A DNA stretch of 64,000 nt. Source: a bacterium. Its GTDB lineage: Bacteria > Zhuqueibacterota > Zhuqueibacteria > Zhuqueibacterales > Zhuqueibacteraceae. Below the pieces are notes generated by a model that saw nothing but the letters and a program-made list of their open reading frames with translations, was not told the origin of the DNA and did not search any database. Shown here piece by piece: positions 19,419 to 29,400 of this stretch. The first letter of the stretch is position 1. The number at the start of each line of letters is the position of its first letter. Both the position numbers and the translations under genes were made by a program. The stretch spans positions 1 through 64,000 of the forward strand of contig JBIOXB010000197.1 of the NCBI GenBank assembly GCA_044869275.1, read 5' to 3'.

Positions 19419-20855
19419 GTGGCAGTTCCTTTGAAAAAAGGCTCGGAGCTCGAGCTGGAAATCGAAACGCTGGCGTTCGGCGCGAAGGGTTTGGCGCGGC
19501 TGAACGGCTACGTCATTTTCGTCGAGCAGTCTTTGCCCGGCCAGCGCTTGCGCGCACTGATTACCAAGAAAAAAGAAGGTTATGCCGAAGCGCGCCCGCT
19601 GGAAATCTTGCGCCAATCGCAGGATTACATCGCGCCGCGCTGTAGTCATTTCAGCGATTGCGGCGGATGCTTGGTGCAAAACCTGCGTTATGAAACGCAG
19701 CTCGCGGCGAAGCAACGCCAGGTGATCGAGATTCTCCAGCATCTCGGCGGCATTTCCTCGCCGTCGGTGCTGCCGATCATCGGCTCGCCGGAGCAGTTTC
19801 ATTATCGCAACAAAATGGAGTTTTCTTTCTCGCGGCTGCGCTGGCTCACGCGCGCGGAAATCGAAGGCGCGGCTGCGGCCGCCCCGCGGGATTTTTCCCT
19901 GGGCCTGCACGCGCGCAATTGTTATGACAAGACGTTGATGATCGAGGAATGCTGGCTGCTGTCCGAGCGCAGCAATGAAGTCTTGGCATGGGTGCGCGAG
20001 GCGACACGCCGCCATCATCTTCCGCCCTATACCACGAAAGATCACACTGGATTCTGGCGCTTTCTCGTGCTGCGCGAGGGCAAGCGCACCGGCGATTTCA
20101 TGGTGAATTTTGTCACCGCCGACGTCCCCGGCGGCCGTGCCGCGGTGGAAGAAATGCGCGCGGCATTGTTGCAGCGCTTTCCGTTCGTCACCACCATCGT
20201 GCATAATCTCAATCGCAGCAAGGCGCAAGTGGCGACCGGCGAAGAGGAAATAGTGTTGCACGGCCCCGCATACTTGCGTGACCGCATCGGCGAATTCGAA
20301 TTCAACATTTCCGCCAATTCATTTTTTCAAACCAACACCCTGGGTGCGGAAAAACTATACGGCGTCGCGCGGGATTTTGCCCAGCTCACGGGCAATGAAA
20401 CGGTGTACGATCTATACAGCGGCGCGGGCACCATTTCGATTTTCATCTCCAAGCTGGCCAAACAAGTGTTGGGATTCGAAATCGTGCCGGAGGCGATTCG
20501 CGACGCGGGTGTGAATTGCCGCATCAATAACATCGGCAATTGTTACTTCATCGAAGGCGATCTCAAAGACGAATTGGCGCACGTGCCGATTTTGAAAAAC
20601 CGCTGGGGCCAGCCACAGGTGGTGATCGCCGATCCGCCGCGCGCCGGCATGCACCCGCGCGTGATTCAAAAAGTGCTCGAGCTCGCCCCGCCGCGCATCG
20701 TGTACGTCTCCTGCAACCCCAGCACCTTTGCGCGCGACCTGAAGGAGATGTGCGCGCATGATTACGTCCTCGAAAAAGTCCAGCCCGTCGATATGTTCCC
20801 GCATACGGCGCATTGCGAGGTGGTGGGGTTGTTGGTGCGGCCAGAACCGCATTAG
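19419..20855 (+). CDS. rlmD: 23S rRNA (uracil-1939-C5)-methyltransferase RlmD/RumA
   Basis: TRAM domain, C.HF..CGGC, YRNKMEF, SFFQTN, DLYSGAG, DPPRAG, YVSCNP and DMFPHTAHCE motifs. Confidence 0.93.
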   Translation: MAVPLKKGSELELEIETLAFGAKGLARLNGYVIFVEQSLPGQRLRALITKKKEGYAEARPLEILRQSQDYIAPRCSHFSDCGGCLVQNLRYETQLAAKQRQVIEILQHLGGISSPSVLPIIGSPEQFHYRNKMEFSFSRLRWLTRAEIEGAAAAAPRDFSLGLHARNCYDKTLMIEECWLLSERSNEVLAWVREATRRHHLPPYTTKDHTGFWRFLVLREGKRTGDFMVNFVTADVPGGRAAVEEMRAALLQRFPFVTTIVHNLNRSKAQVATGEEEIVLHGPAYLRDRIGEFEFNISANSFFQTNTLGAEKLYGVARDFAQLTGNETVYDLYSGAGTISIFISKLAKQVLGFEIVPEAIRDAGVNCRINNIGNCYFIEGDLKDELAHVPILKNRWGQPQVVIADPPRAGMHPRVIQKVLELAPPRIVYVSCNPSTFARDLKEMCAHDYVLEKVQPVDMFPHTAHCEVVGLLVRPEPH

Positions 20856-20865
20856 AAGTTGATGG

Positions 20866-21435
20866 TCATAGAAATCGCCGCATGACCGGCCGCGTTTCCG
20901 AGCGGCGCAATGCTTCCTTGAAGCCCGCTTGCCGAAAGGCCGAAGCCAAACCCGTCCACACAAAAGCATCCGCCATTTTTCCCTCTTTGGGCTCGACCGG
21001 ATAACCTTCCACGATTTTGGCGCCATGTTTTTTTGCATGTTTCGTTGCGGCACGCAATAAAGCCACCGTCACGCCTCGCCCGCGGTATTCTTTCTTGACA
21101 AAAAAACAAGTTACGGACCACACCGGCTTTTCGTCCAAGGGCTGCAGAATACGTGAATTCGCCAGGCGCAAATATTTTTCGCGCGGCGCGAGCGCGCACC
21201 AACCCACCGGCTCCGAGCCGGCATAAGCGATTACGCCGGGGATTTCGTTGGCGGCCACCAGCTTCTTGAAGGCGCGCTTGTTGCCTTCGCCCTTTTCCTT
21301 TTCATATTGCGGGCGAGAGCGCCTCCAGTACATGCACCAGCATCCGCCACAGGCCCCGCGCGTGCCGAAGAGTTCTTCCACGTCGGGCCAGCGTTCGGAG
21401 GTCAGCGCATGAAATTGGAAACGCAGAGGAGGCAT
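20866..21435 (-). CDS. GNAT family N-acetyltransferase
   Basis: GACGGCWCMYW, VGWCALAPR, WSVTCFFV..EYRGRGV and VEGYP motifs. Confidence 0.88.
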   Translation of the reverse strand: MPPLRFQFHALTSERWPDVEELFGTRGACGGCWCMYWRRSRPQYEKEKGEGNKRAFKKLVAANEIPGVIAYAGSEPVGWCALAPREKYLRLANSRILQPLDEKPVWSVTCFFVKKEYRGRGVTVALLRAATKHAKKHGAKIVEGYPVEPKEGKMADAFVWTGLASAFRQAGFKEALRRSETRPVMRRFL

Positions 21436-21465
21436 TGCTCCTGCCTTTGTTTGAGTTGAGTGTAT

Positions 21466-21573
21466 CTAGTGCACTGTCACTTTAATGCTTGAAATTCACC
21501 CTGTGCGAAATCGAAGGGTGGTATGGTTCGACTCCGCTCACCATAACTGAAAAACTATGGTAACAGTGTGCAG
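21466..21573. mobile_element. Degenerate MITE/REP-like element
   Basis: Ends CACTGTCAC and GTAACAGTG; internal TTCGACTCCGCTCA core shared with 41705-41717. Confidence 0.5.
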
Positions 21574-21592
21574 TCCGAAGTGATACCAGCAT

Positions 21593-22183
21593 TCACAGAC
21601 CGTCCCTCACGGCTGCTGCAGAGCTTTTCCGTTCCACGTGTTTTTTCAAACAGCGTAATGCTTCCATTCGAATCCATCCGCTGAAAGGGCGGACGAATAG
21701 CCAGTACCAGCGGAAACGGCGCTGGCTTCTTTCACCTGTACAAAGCACCCGCGTTTCCGTCGCCAATAGCGTGCGCGAGGCCGTGAGCGGCTTGACCGAA
21801 AAGTTCCACACGGCTTTGGCGAAATCAGGCGTGGTGAACTCCAGGAACTGTTGCGTGGTGACTTTTTGCACACAGCCCGTGGCCGTCCAGAATTTGCCGA
21901 TCAGTCCCAGCACGATTTCCTGATTGGGAATTTCGCCCAGCAGAATGAAGCCGCTTTTGAGCAGGCCCGGCAAGTCGAGACCGAGCGCCGCCGGCTGTGG
22001 GCGAGCGCGGCGATCTCGAAAAAAAGCCGGCAAACCGCGCAGCGCGAACAGTACGCGAATCACAAGCGAGGCACGGTAATCCATATGGCGCAGGGCGGCA
22101 AACACCGTTTCCGGTGGTGCCGCCACCTCGATTTCGTGGCGCTCATGGGCTTGGTAGCTGGGCAGGAAGGCATCGATCAGCAT
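21593..22183 (-). CDS. Hypothetical protein, START/DUF2867-like
   Basis: MLIDAFLP.Y...ERH...LFALRGLP...GKFW...TETRV...FRWYW..VRPFSGWIR. Confidence 0.75.
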   Translation of the reverse strand: MLIDAFLPSYQAHERHEIEVAAPPETVFAALRHMDYRASLVIRVLFALRGLPAFFRDRRARPQPAALGLDLPGLLKSGFILLGEIPNQEIVLGLIGKFWTATGCVQKVTTQQFLEFTTPDFAKAVWNFSVKPLTASRTLLATETRVLCTGERSQRRFRWYWLFVRPFSGWIRMEALRCLKKHVERKSSAAAVRDGL

Positions 22184-22380
22184 ACATGTAAGTTTGTGCT
22201 GGCATTAGGTTTTGTGAATCACGCGATTTTGGATCGAAATTTGTAGCATGGAATTGAGATACACCGAATTGCCCCGCAGGACGCATGCCAATGCGAAAAA
22301 AATGCGCAGCCATGTGGATAGGTTTGCACAGGGAGAAAATCATTGGCATCAGGACGAACTAAATGGATACGAGGAACACC

Positions 22381-23145
22381 ATGAAAAAAACTATCTTTTG
22401 TCTGCTGGCCCTGGCATTGGTTTGGGGATGTAAAGATCAAACGACTGACCCCGGCCGGGCCACGATGCGCATCTATCTGACGGATGCCGTGGGCCTCTAC
22501 GATGAGGTCAATATCACGTTCACCGAGGTGAGCGCGCATATTGACTCCCAGTGGATCATTCTCAGCAATCAAACTCAAACCGTGAATTTGCTGGATTGGA
22601 ACAATGGCAACGTTTTGCTGCTGGGCCAGGCCGACGTGCCAGCCGGAACGTACACGCAAATTCGCTTGAAAATTGCCAACGCGGAAGTAGTGTTGAACGG
22701 GTCGCGTTTCGACATGACCGTGCCCAGCGGCAGCACCTCCGGCCTGAAATTGAACGCAAACTTCGCAGTTGTTGCCGGCTCCACTTACGATATCGTGCTC
22801 GATTTCGACGCCGAGCGCTCGGTGGTGGTCACCGGTCCGCAGTTGAATCCGGTTGGCTTCAAGCTCAAGCCGGTGATTCGTGCGATGGCGCGCGCCTTGA
22901 CCGGTTCCATTTCCGGCACCGTCACGAATCCCGCCAATTTGCCGACGGCATATGCCATTGCCGGCACCGACACCGTCACTTCCTCCCCCGTCGATGGCGC
23001 CACCGGCTCTTTCAGCTTGGCTTTTCTGCCCGCAGGCGCGTACACGGTGAGCGTGGCGGATACCGCAAAACTTTCTGCCACGCGCACCAATGTGCCGGTG
23101 ACGGTTGGACAAGATAATCCCTTGGGGTCGTTGACGTTGCAATAA
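22381..23145 (+). CDS. DUF4382 domain lipoprotein
   Basis: Lipobox VWGC; YLTDA, NLLDWNNG, G.YTQIRL, VPSG.TSGLK, LDFDAERS and LKPVIR; C-terminal carboxypeptidase-regulatory-like domain. Confidence 0.88.
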   Translation: MKKTIFCLLALALVWGCKDQTTDPGRATMRIYLTDAVGLYDEVNITFTEVSAHIDSQWIILSNQTQTVNLLDWNNGNVLLLGQADVPAGTYTQIRLKIANAEVVLNGSRFDMTVPSGSTSGLKLNANFAVVAGSTYDIVLDFDAERSVVVTGPQLNPVGFKLKPVIRAMARALTGSISGTVTNPANLPTAYAIAGTDTVTSSPVDGATGSFSLAFLPAGAYTVSVADTAKLSATRTNVPVTVGQDNPLGSLTLQ

Positions 23146-23150
23146 AAATA

Positions 23151-23176
23151 AAAAGGGCAGCTTGCAAGCTGCCCTT
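23151..23176 (-). terminator. Intrinsic terminator between convergent genes
   Basis: AAGGGCAGCTTGCAAGCTGCCCTT hairpin with an A-tract on its left. Confidence 0.75.
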
Positions 23177-23197
23177 CGACCTCCTCCTCTTGCCGAG

Positions 23198-23722
23198 TTA
23201 TTTGGCGCTCTCGACCGCCGCTTTGAGCGCAGCCATGTACTTCGTCATTCCGTCTTTGACTTTTGCCGCCGTATCTTTGTCCAGCGGCACGTTGAAGTCG
23301 TCGCTGTACTGATCGACGATGGTGACCACCGCGCCCGTGCCCTTGGGTTCGACTTTGAACTTAACCTGGCAAACATAGCTGCCATCATTGGGCATATGCG
23401 CCACGCGCAGCTCTTTGTTTTTATCCACGAACAGTACCACGGATTTGCCCGCGTTCGCCCATTCATCGACAAAGCTGAAGCTGTGCCCCACCGCTGCCAG
23501 CGCTGTGGTTTCCTTGGCGCTTTTCCAGCCGGGATACCAGAGCTTGGCCTTGGCGGGCTCGGTAAATGCCGCCCATACTTGCGCCGGCGAAGCTTTGGTC
23601 TCCATGGTGCCGGTGAAACTCATTAACGCCATTTTGGCGACGGCCACGTTTTGGCCGCGCGCACTTCCCGCCGCGCCCAGGCCGAGGATGAGCAACAACG
23701 CCCTGCAAATCTGGTCACGCAT
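23198..23722 (-). CDS. Secreted SRPBCC/START-family protein
   Basis: Signal peptide; ASPAQVWAAFTEP...WYPG; C-terminal helix YMAALKAAVE; GGAGG RBS. Confidence 0.75.
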   Translation of the reverse strand: MRDQICRALLLILGLGAAGSARGQNVAVAKMALMSFTGTMETKASPAQVWAAFTEPAKAKLWYPGWKSAKETTALAAVGHSFSFVDEWANAGKSVVLFVDKNKELRVAHMPNDGSYVCQVKFKVEPKGTGAVVTIVDQYSDDFNVPLDKDTAAKVKDGMTKYMAALKAAVESAK

Positions 23723-23791
23723 TTTCACCTCCGCAGTTAGGGTCCTACTTTTCCATCACACCAGCGCTCGCTGAGTTCAGAAGAAAATGCT

Positions 23792-24691
23792 TCAAAGTGG
23801 CTTCCACAGGCTTTCCACTGCCGCCTCGCCGGACAATACGATGACGGCATTGCGTCCAGGATCTTGCAAACGAACTTGTCTGGGCGAGGACTGAAAAGGA
23901 ACGTTCAATTGCTGCAAATGGGAGATCAAGCGAGCCAACTCGTCATCACCGGGCAGGCAGATCGTGAAATAGCGCAGGCCGGCGATTTCGTTCGCTCTGG
24001 CGGCGCCGTTCTGCGAGGACGCCAGCGTGTTCAAACCGAGATGGTGGTGATAATTTCCGGCGGCGAGAAACACCAGGCTGGAGCCGGAGCGCGCGGTGAG
24101 CTCGAAACCCAGCGCGCGGCGATAAAAATCTTCCGAGGCGCGCAAATCGGTGACGTGCAAATGCAAATGACCGATGCAAATTCTCGCATCGAGCCCCTGC
24201 CATGAAATTTTCCCCTGGCCCAATTCCGCGAGCACAAAATCCAGATCGAGAGGATTCGCCGCCACTTGCAACTGGCGCTGCTGCCAGGGCCATTCTTCAC
24301 GCGGGCGGTCGGCATAAATGGCGATGCCGTTGCCGTCGGGATCGGCGAGATAGATCGCTTCGTGAATGAGATTGTCGGATACGCCTTGAATGGGGTACTG
24401 CATCTCCAACAGGTGATGCAAGGCATAGGCGAGGTGCAAACGACTGGGAACGAGGAGAGCGAAATGATAAAGCCCGAGCGCATGGGGCGGCCGCGGTGCC
24501 GCGCTCTCGGAACGCGTGACGGCCAGCAACGGCGAGATGCTGTTCACCGCCAGCCATAGCGTATGCTCCGACCGGTGCAGAATTTTGAAGCCGAGAATTT
24601 TGGTATAAAAGTATTCCGCGCGTTCCAAATGCGACACGGTCAAATGGAGCGGCCCCAGGTGTGTATCCGGGTGAATCGTATAGCGGCTCAT
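23792..24691 (-). CDS. VOC family protein, CatE-like
   Basis: GLYHFALLVP, EAIYLADPDGNG, IGHLHLHV and GNYHHHLGLN motifs. Confidence 0.85.
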   Translation of the reverse strand: MSRYTIHPDTHLGPLHLTVSHLERAEYFYTKILGFKILHRSEHTLWLAVNSISPLLAVTRSESAAPRPPHALGLYHFALLVPSRLHLAYALHHLLEMQYPIQGVSDNLIHEAIYLADPDGNGIAIYADRPREEWPWQQRQLQVAANPLDLDFVLAELGQGKISWQGLDARICIGHLHLHVTDLRASEDFYRRALGFELTARSGSSLVFLAAGNYHHHLGLNTLASSQNGAARANEIAGLRYFTICLPGDDELARLISHLQQLNVPFQSSPRQVRLQDPGRNAVIVLSGEAAVESLWKPL

Positions 24692-24989
24692 GCTTCCTCC
24701 CTTCCGAGGGTTTTGCCTTCCCCCAAGCTACTCTGCGTTATTCACCCATCCAGCCTCGTCGTTCTACTTTGTCAAGCGTGGAGTTGATCGCGATGATTGA
24801 CCGAGCAGACATATTTTTGTAAGGCGAACATAATCAGTTTTTGTCAAAAAGTCAAACTCGACTTGCGAAAGTTTAAGCGCACAAAAATCGGGAAAATCCT
24901 GTTCCAGAGCGGGAATTGGCGATGCGTCGAATGCAAGTGACAGTGTGAAGTGGTTCATGCTAGAGAGAGCGATGTCATCACTTTCGGGC

Positions 24990-26261
24990 TCAAAACTTCA
25001 TGCGCAGCGACAAAAAGCCCCAATCGGAGGGATCGGCTTCGGGATTGCCCGCTTTGACGAAACCGCCGGGGAAAAAACGGCTCAAGCCGAAGTGGAACTG
25101 GAGGCGCTCGCGCAAAACATAAGCACAGGCCAGATCGATTTCATATCCCAGCTCGATGCTTTCGCCCGGAAGGGCCGGCAGGAAAACTTCATTGCGGCGG
25201 TCGAAATTAAATCCGGAGGCGCCATACCACGCATCATTGCCATGCGCGAGCTGGAAGTAATGGAGTTGCGCCTCAACCAGAAAATCCTTTGCCGGAGAAA
25301 AATCAAAGCCTGCCGCGGTGGCGGCGATGTTGCTCCAGCTCACATAATCCATGGCGCCAAAATGCTCGTGAACGGAAGGGAAAAACGCGGAGAACGTTTC
25401 CAATTTTTGGTCGAAGGGATTGCTGTCGCCCGAGCCGAAGACGTAGCTCGCGCTCAACGTGGGAGCATGGCGTCGGGTGATTTGCCAGCGGCCCTGCAAG
25501 GCGAGGCCGTATGCCTGCACTTGCAATTCGCCGTGATGGCCGAATTGATAAACGCCTTCGAGGTCGTAATGCCAGCGCTCCTTGAATTTGCCGGCAAGCC
25601 GCAGTCCCGTGGCCATGAGCAGCAAGCTCTTTCCCGCCGCGCTGCCCAGGGGAAAATTACGATCATCGAGCAGGGCGAAGGCATAAGCTTCGGCGGTGTT
25701 TTTGAAAAATTGTTGGGTGGAAAAATACGCTCCCAGAAATTCCTGGTTACTGTTGATGCCAGTCGCGTTTTTGTTGCGATTTTGCGCCAGCCAGAAGTCG
25801 ATTTTCTGCAAGGGTTCTCCCCAAGTCAAGCGCAGGGCGTCAAAGGCCCGGCCGGTTTGATCCCAGTCGTTTCTGCCGACCAGCCTTTCACTGCCAAAGG
25901 CCATTTCCTGCCGGCCCAAGCGCAATGCCATTGACCTTCCGAAAAGTTTTTCGAGATCCAAATAAGCCTGATGCAAATCCATGCTGTTCAAGGCGCGGCC
26001 GGTGCTGCCTGCTTCACCCCACAAGCGCGCGTCTTGGATTTGCAACACCGCGCGCAAATGTGACGGAAACTGCCACTGCAAAGCCGCGCGTGCCCGCTGC
26101 GCGATAAAAACGGACTGATCGCCGAACTGCGCCTCGAAATCTGCATTTTGCCGGCCCTCGCCGCGCACGCGCAACTCGCCCGCGAGGTCGAACTGCGTTT
26201 GACTGGTGAGCAATACCGGTGTCAAAAAGATGAAAAACAAGAGGAAGCGAAGCATGGCCAT
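24990..26261 (-). CDS. Alginate export (AlgE-like) outer-membrane beta-barrel
   Basis: Signal peptide; QDARLWG, DLHQAY, GRQE..FGSERL, FDALR, GYEID; terminal Phe. Confidence 0.85.
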   Translation of the reverse strand: MAMLRFLLFFIFLTPVLLTSQTQFDLAGELRVRGEGRQNADFEAQFGDQSVFIAQRARAALQWQFPSHLRAVLQIQDARLWGEAGSTGRALNSMDLHQAYLDLEKLFGRSMALRLGRQEMAFGSERLVGRNDWDQTGRAFDALRLTWGEPLQKIDFWLAQNRNKNATGINSNQEFLGAYFSTQQFFKNTAEAYAFALLDDRNFPLGSAAGKSLLLMATGLRLAGKFKERWHYDLEGVYQFGHHGELQVQAYGLALQGRWQITRRHAPTLSASYVFGSGDSNPFDQKLETFSAFFPSVHEHFGAMDYVSWSNIAATAAGFDFSPAKDFLVEAQLHYFQLAHGNDAWYGASGFNFDRRNEVFLPALPGESIELGYEIDLACAYVLRERLQFHFGLSRFFPGGFVKAGNPEADPSDWGFLSLRMKF

Positions 26262-26425
26262 GAAGTGCAGAGTGATTGATGATAGAAGAAGGTAGGGAAT
26301 TTATGCTATCGTAGCAAGCCGGTACCACGAGGAACTTTTCGCGCGCTTGTGCCCGTGGAATCGGAGGGGACGTGGAAGAGGAGACATTTTTTTGTGCTTT
26401 GTGCTTTGGGCTTTGGGCTCGGGGC

Positions 26426-29400
26426 TTATGCCTTTTGTAGTTGTCTCTCAATCGCCTCCACCAAATCCTTCATGCTCACCGGCTTGCTCAAATAGTCGTT
26501 CGCGCCGGCCTCCAGGCAGCGTTCGCGGTCGCCGGGCATGGCCAGCGCGGTGAGCGCGATGACCGGAATCGCGCGCAAATCTCCCTCGCTTTTCATCCGG
26601 CTTATGATCTCCAGGCCATTCTCGCCGGGCAGGCGAATATCCATTAAAACCAAATCAAATTTTTCCTTTTGCACGCGCTGCAACACTTCGCGGCCGCTGC
26701 GCGCCACTTGCACACGGTATCGCCTTGCCATTAAATAATCGAACAGCGTGTTGATGTTGCTTTCGCTGTCTTCCACCAGCAAAATATGTGTCGGTTCGCC
26801 GGTCGCAGCTTGCACGGTTTCGACGGTGGCTGCGTGTTGCGCCACGCGTGCGGGCCATTCGAATGCCACCTTGCTCAACACCCATTGCAATTGCTCGCGC
26901 GAAACCGGCTTGGACAAGAATTCCGCCGCGCCCAGGCTCAAGCCTTGCGCGCGTGCATCGCGCTCGGAAATGATGATCACCGGAATCACTTGCGTGCGCG
27001 GATCCAGCTTGAGCTGGGTCAAGACCTGCCAGCCCAAAGGATCAGCCAGCACAATATTGAGAAAAATAATGTCCGGCATCGCTCTGAGAATGGCGGCAAC
27101 CACTTCTTCATGCGGCGGGCAAATCTGGGTGTCGAGCTCCAGCTCGCGCAGGTACTTTTGCAGCTTGTCGATCTCGGGCGATTCTTCATCAATGATGAGG
27201 GCGTGATGAAAAAGGCCTTCCTTGGCGAGCGCCGGCTCTTCGGGTTCCGCGCTCTCCGCCGGGGTGGCAGCGACCGGCTTCAACCACGGCAGCATCACGG
27301 TGAAGCGGCTGCCCTTATCGGGCTCGCTTTCGACCACCACGCCGCCGCCGTGCAGCTCGACCATGCGATGCACCAGCACCAATCCCAGGCCGGTGCCGGA
27401 ATACTGCCGCGCCAGCGTGCTGTCGAGCTGCACGAAAGGCTGAAATAATTTCACGATGTCTATCATCGCAATGCCGATGCCCGTGTCCCGTATGCTGAAG
27501 CGCACCACGCCTTTTTTCGCGTCGCCGGCAACTTCCAGGCCGATTTCTCCGCCCGCGGGCGTGAACTTGACCGCATTGCTCAACAGATTCACCAGAATCT
27601 GTTTGAGGCGGCGTTCGTCCGCCAAGATCAACGTGACTTGCTCGTCCTGTTCGAATGAAATCTTGAGTCGTTTTTCGAGCGCCATTTGGGTGAAGAGGCG
27701 CAAGCTCGCGCTGCACACCGCTTCCACCGCCACCGGCGCGATTTCCAGGCGTAATTTGCCGGCTTCGATCTTGGAGAGATCGAGAATGTCATTGATGAGC
27801 ACGAGCAGATGCTGGCCGCTTTCTTCGAGATGGCGCAGGGCGGCTTGTTGCTTTTCATTCGTTGCGCCGTACACCTGCTCGCGCAGCGCTTCGCTGATGC
27901 CGAGTACCGCGTTCAGCGGGGTGCGCAATTCGTGGCTCATGCTGGCGAGGAACTCATCCTTGGTGCGGGCCGCGCGTGCGAGCTCGGCGTTGGCCATGCT
28001 CAAAGCGGCAGCGCGCTCTTCCTCCAGCTTCTTGCGTTCCTGCTGCATGCGCGCGTCTTTGTGGGCGATGGCGAGGTATTCGGTGATTTCTCGCAACGTG
28101 TTCAACTCATGATCGCTCCAGGTTCCCGGCGCGGGCGAATCAAAGCCCAGCACGCCCACCAATTTGTCGGCTTCGTGAATGGGAACGTGCAAGAGCGCGC
28201 GCGTGTGTTTCGTGGCCAGGAAGTCGCGCAGCGGCGCCACGCGCTCGTCCTGCTCCAACTCGGGAACGACGACAGGCTCGCGCCGGCGCAGGCTCGCCAA
28301 ACACGCCGGCGCCATGGACAAGTCTGCCACCAGGCCCGCGAGCGAGGGCATGCCCGGCGGCTCGAGGGATTGCAGCACCCGCAACTGGCCTTCGTCGTTG
28401 AGCGCGGCGTAAAAGACGCGCACCTGGGCAAAGTACCGTCCCAGTTCGGCGACGGTATGCGCGACGATGTCTTCGAAAAGCGTGCCCGAGGCGATGTGCT
28501 TGGCGAGATGATTCAACAGCGTCAACCGTGCCTGGCTTTCCAGCAGCGCGTCACGCGCGCGTTTGCGCTCGGTGATGTCGATCAAGAAACCGCGCAGCAT
28601 TTCCGGTCCATCCTCGCCGCGCATCACCGAGACCAAATCATGGAACCAAAACACGCGGCCGTCGGCAGCGATCATGCGATATTCCAAATCATATTCCGTG
28701 TGCTGCTGCGCCTGCTCGCGGCAGAGCTGCGCCACGCGCTCGCGGTCTTCCGCCAAAACATGATCTAGCCAAAAATTTTCCTGATACCACGCTTCACGCG
28801 GATAGCCCAGCAATTTCACACATTGCGGGCCAACGTAAATGAAGCCGTGCGCGCGTGGCTCGGCTTCCCAGGGTATGACGTTCGTGGTTTCCAGCAGGTG
28901 GCGATAGCGCTCTTTGCTCGTTTGCAGCGCATCTTCCGTGCGTTTGCGCGCGGTGATATCGACGTCCATGCAAATGACCTGCGTCTTGTTCTGGCCGAAG
29001 CGAATCGGAAACATAGAGGACATCACGTTGCACGCCGCTCCAGCGGCCGTGGCCATGGACCATTCGCGCACGGGTGCGGGGGTATTGGTGTCCAGGGCCG
29101 CCCGCACCATAGTGGCGAATTCCCTGGCATCCTGCGGCGACAGCAAAAACTCGCCGAGATTCTTGCCCACCACGTGTTCCCCTTTAAAGCCGTACAATTC
29201 TTCGGAGGCGCGGTTCCAAAAGGTCACGGTGCCGTCCGCGTCGTAGCCTTGAATGGCGACCGCCGGGGCCTGCTCAATGATCGCGGCCAGTTGCGAATGC
29301 GCTTCCTCCAGCGCTTTGTGCGCCGCGCGCAGTTCGTCCACCAGCAGCCGCCGGTCGCTGTTATTCACCATGATGCCGTGCAGCTTCACGACGCGGTGGT

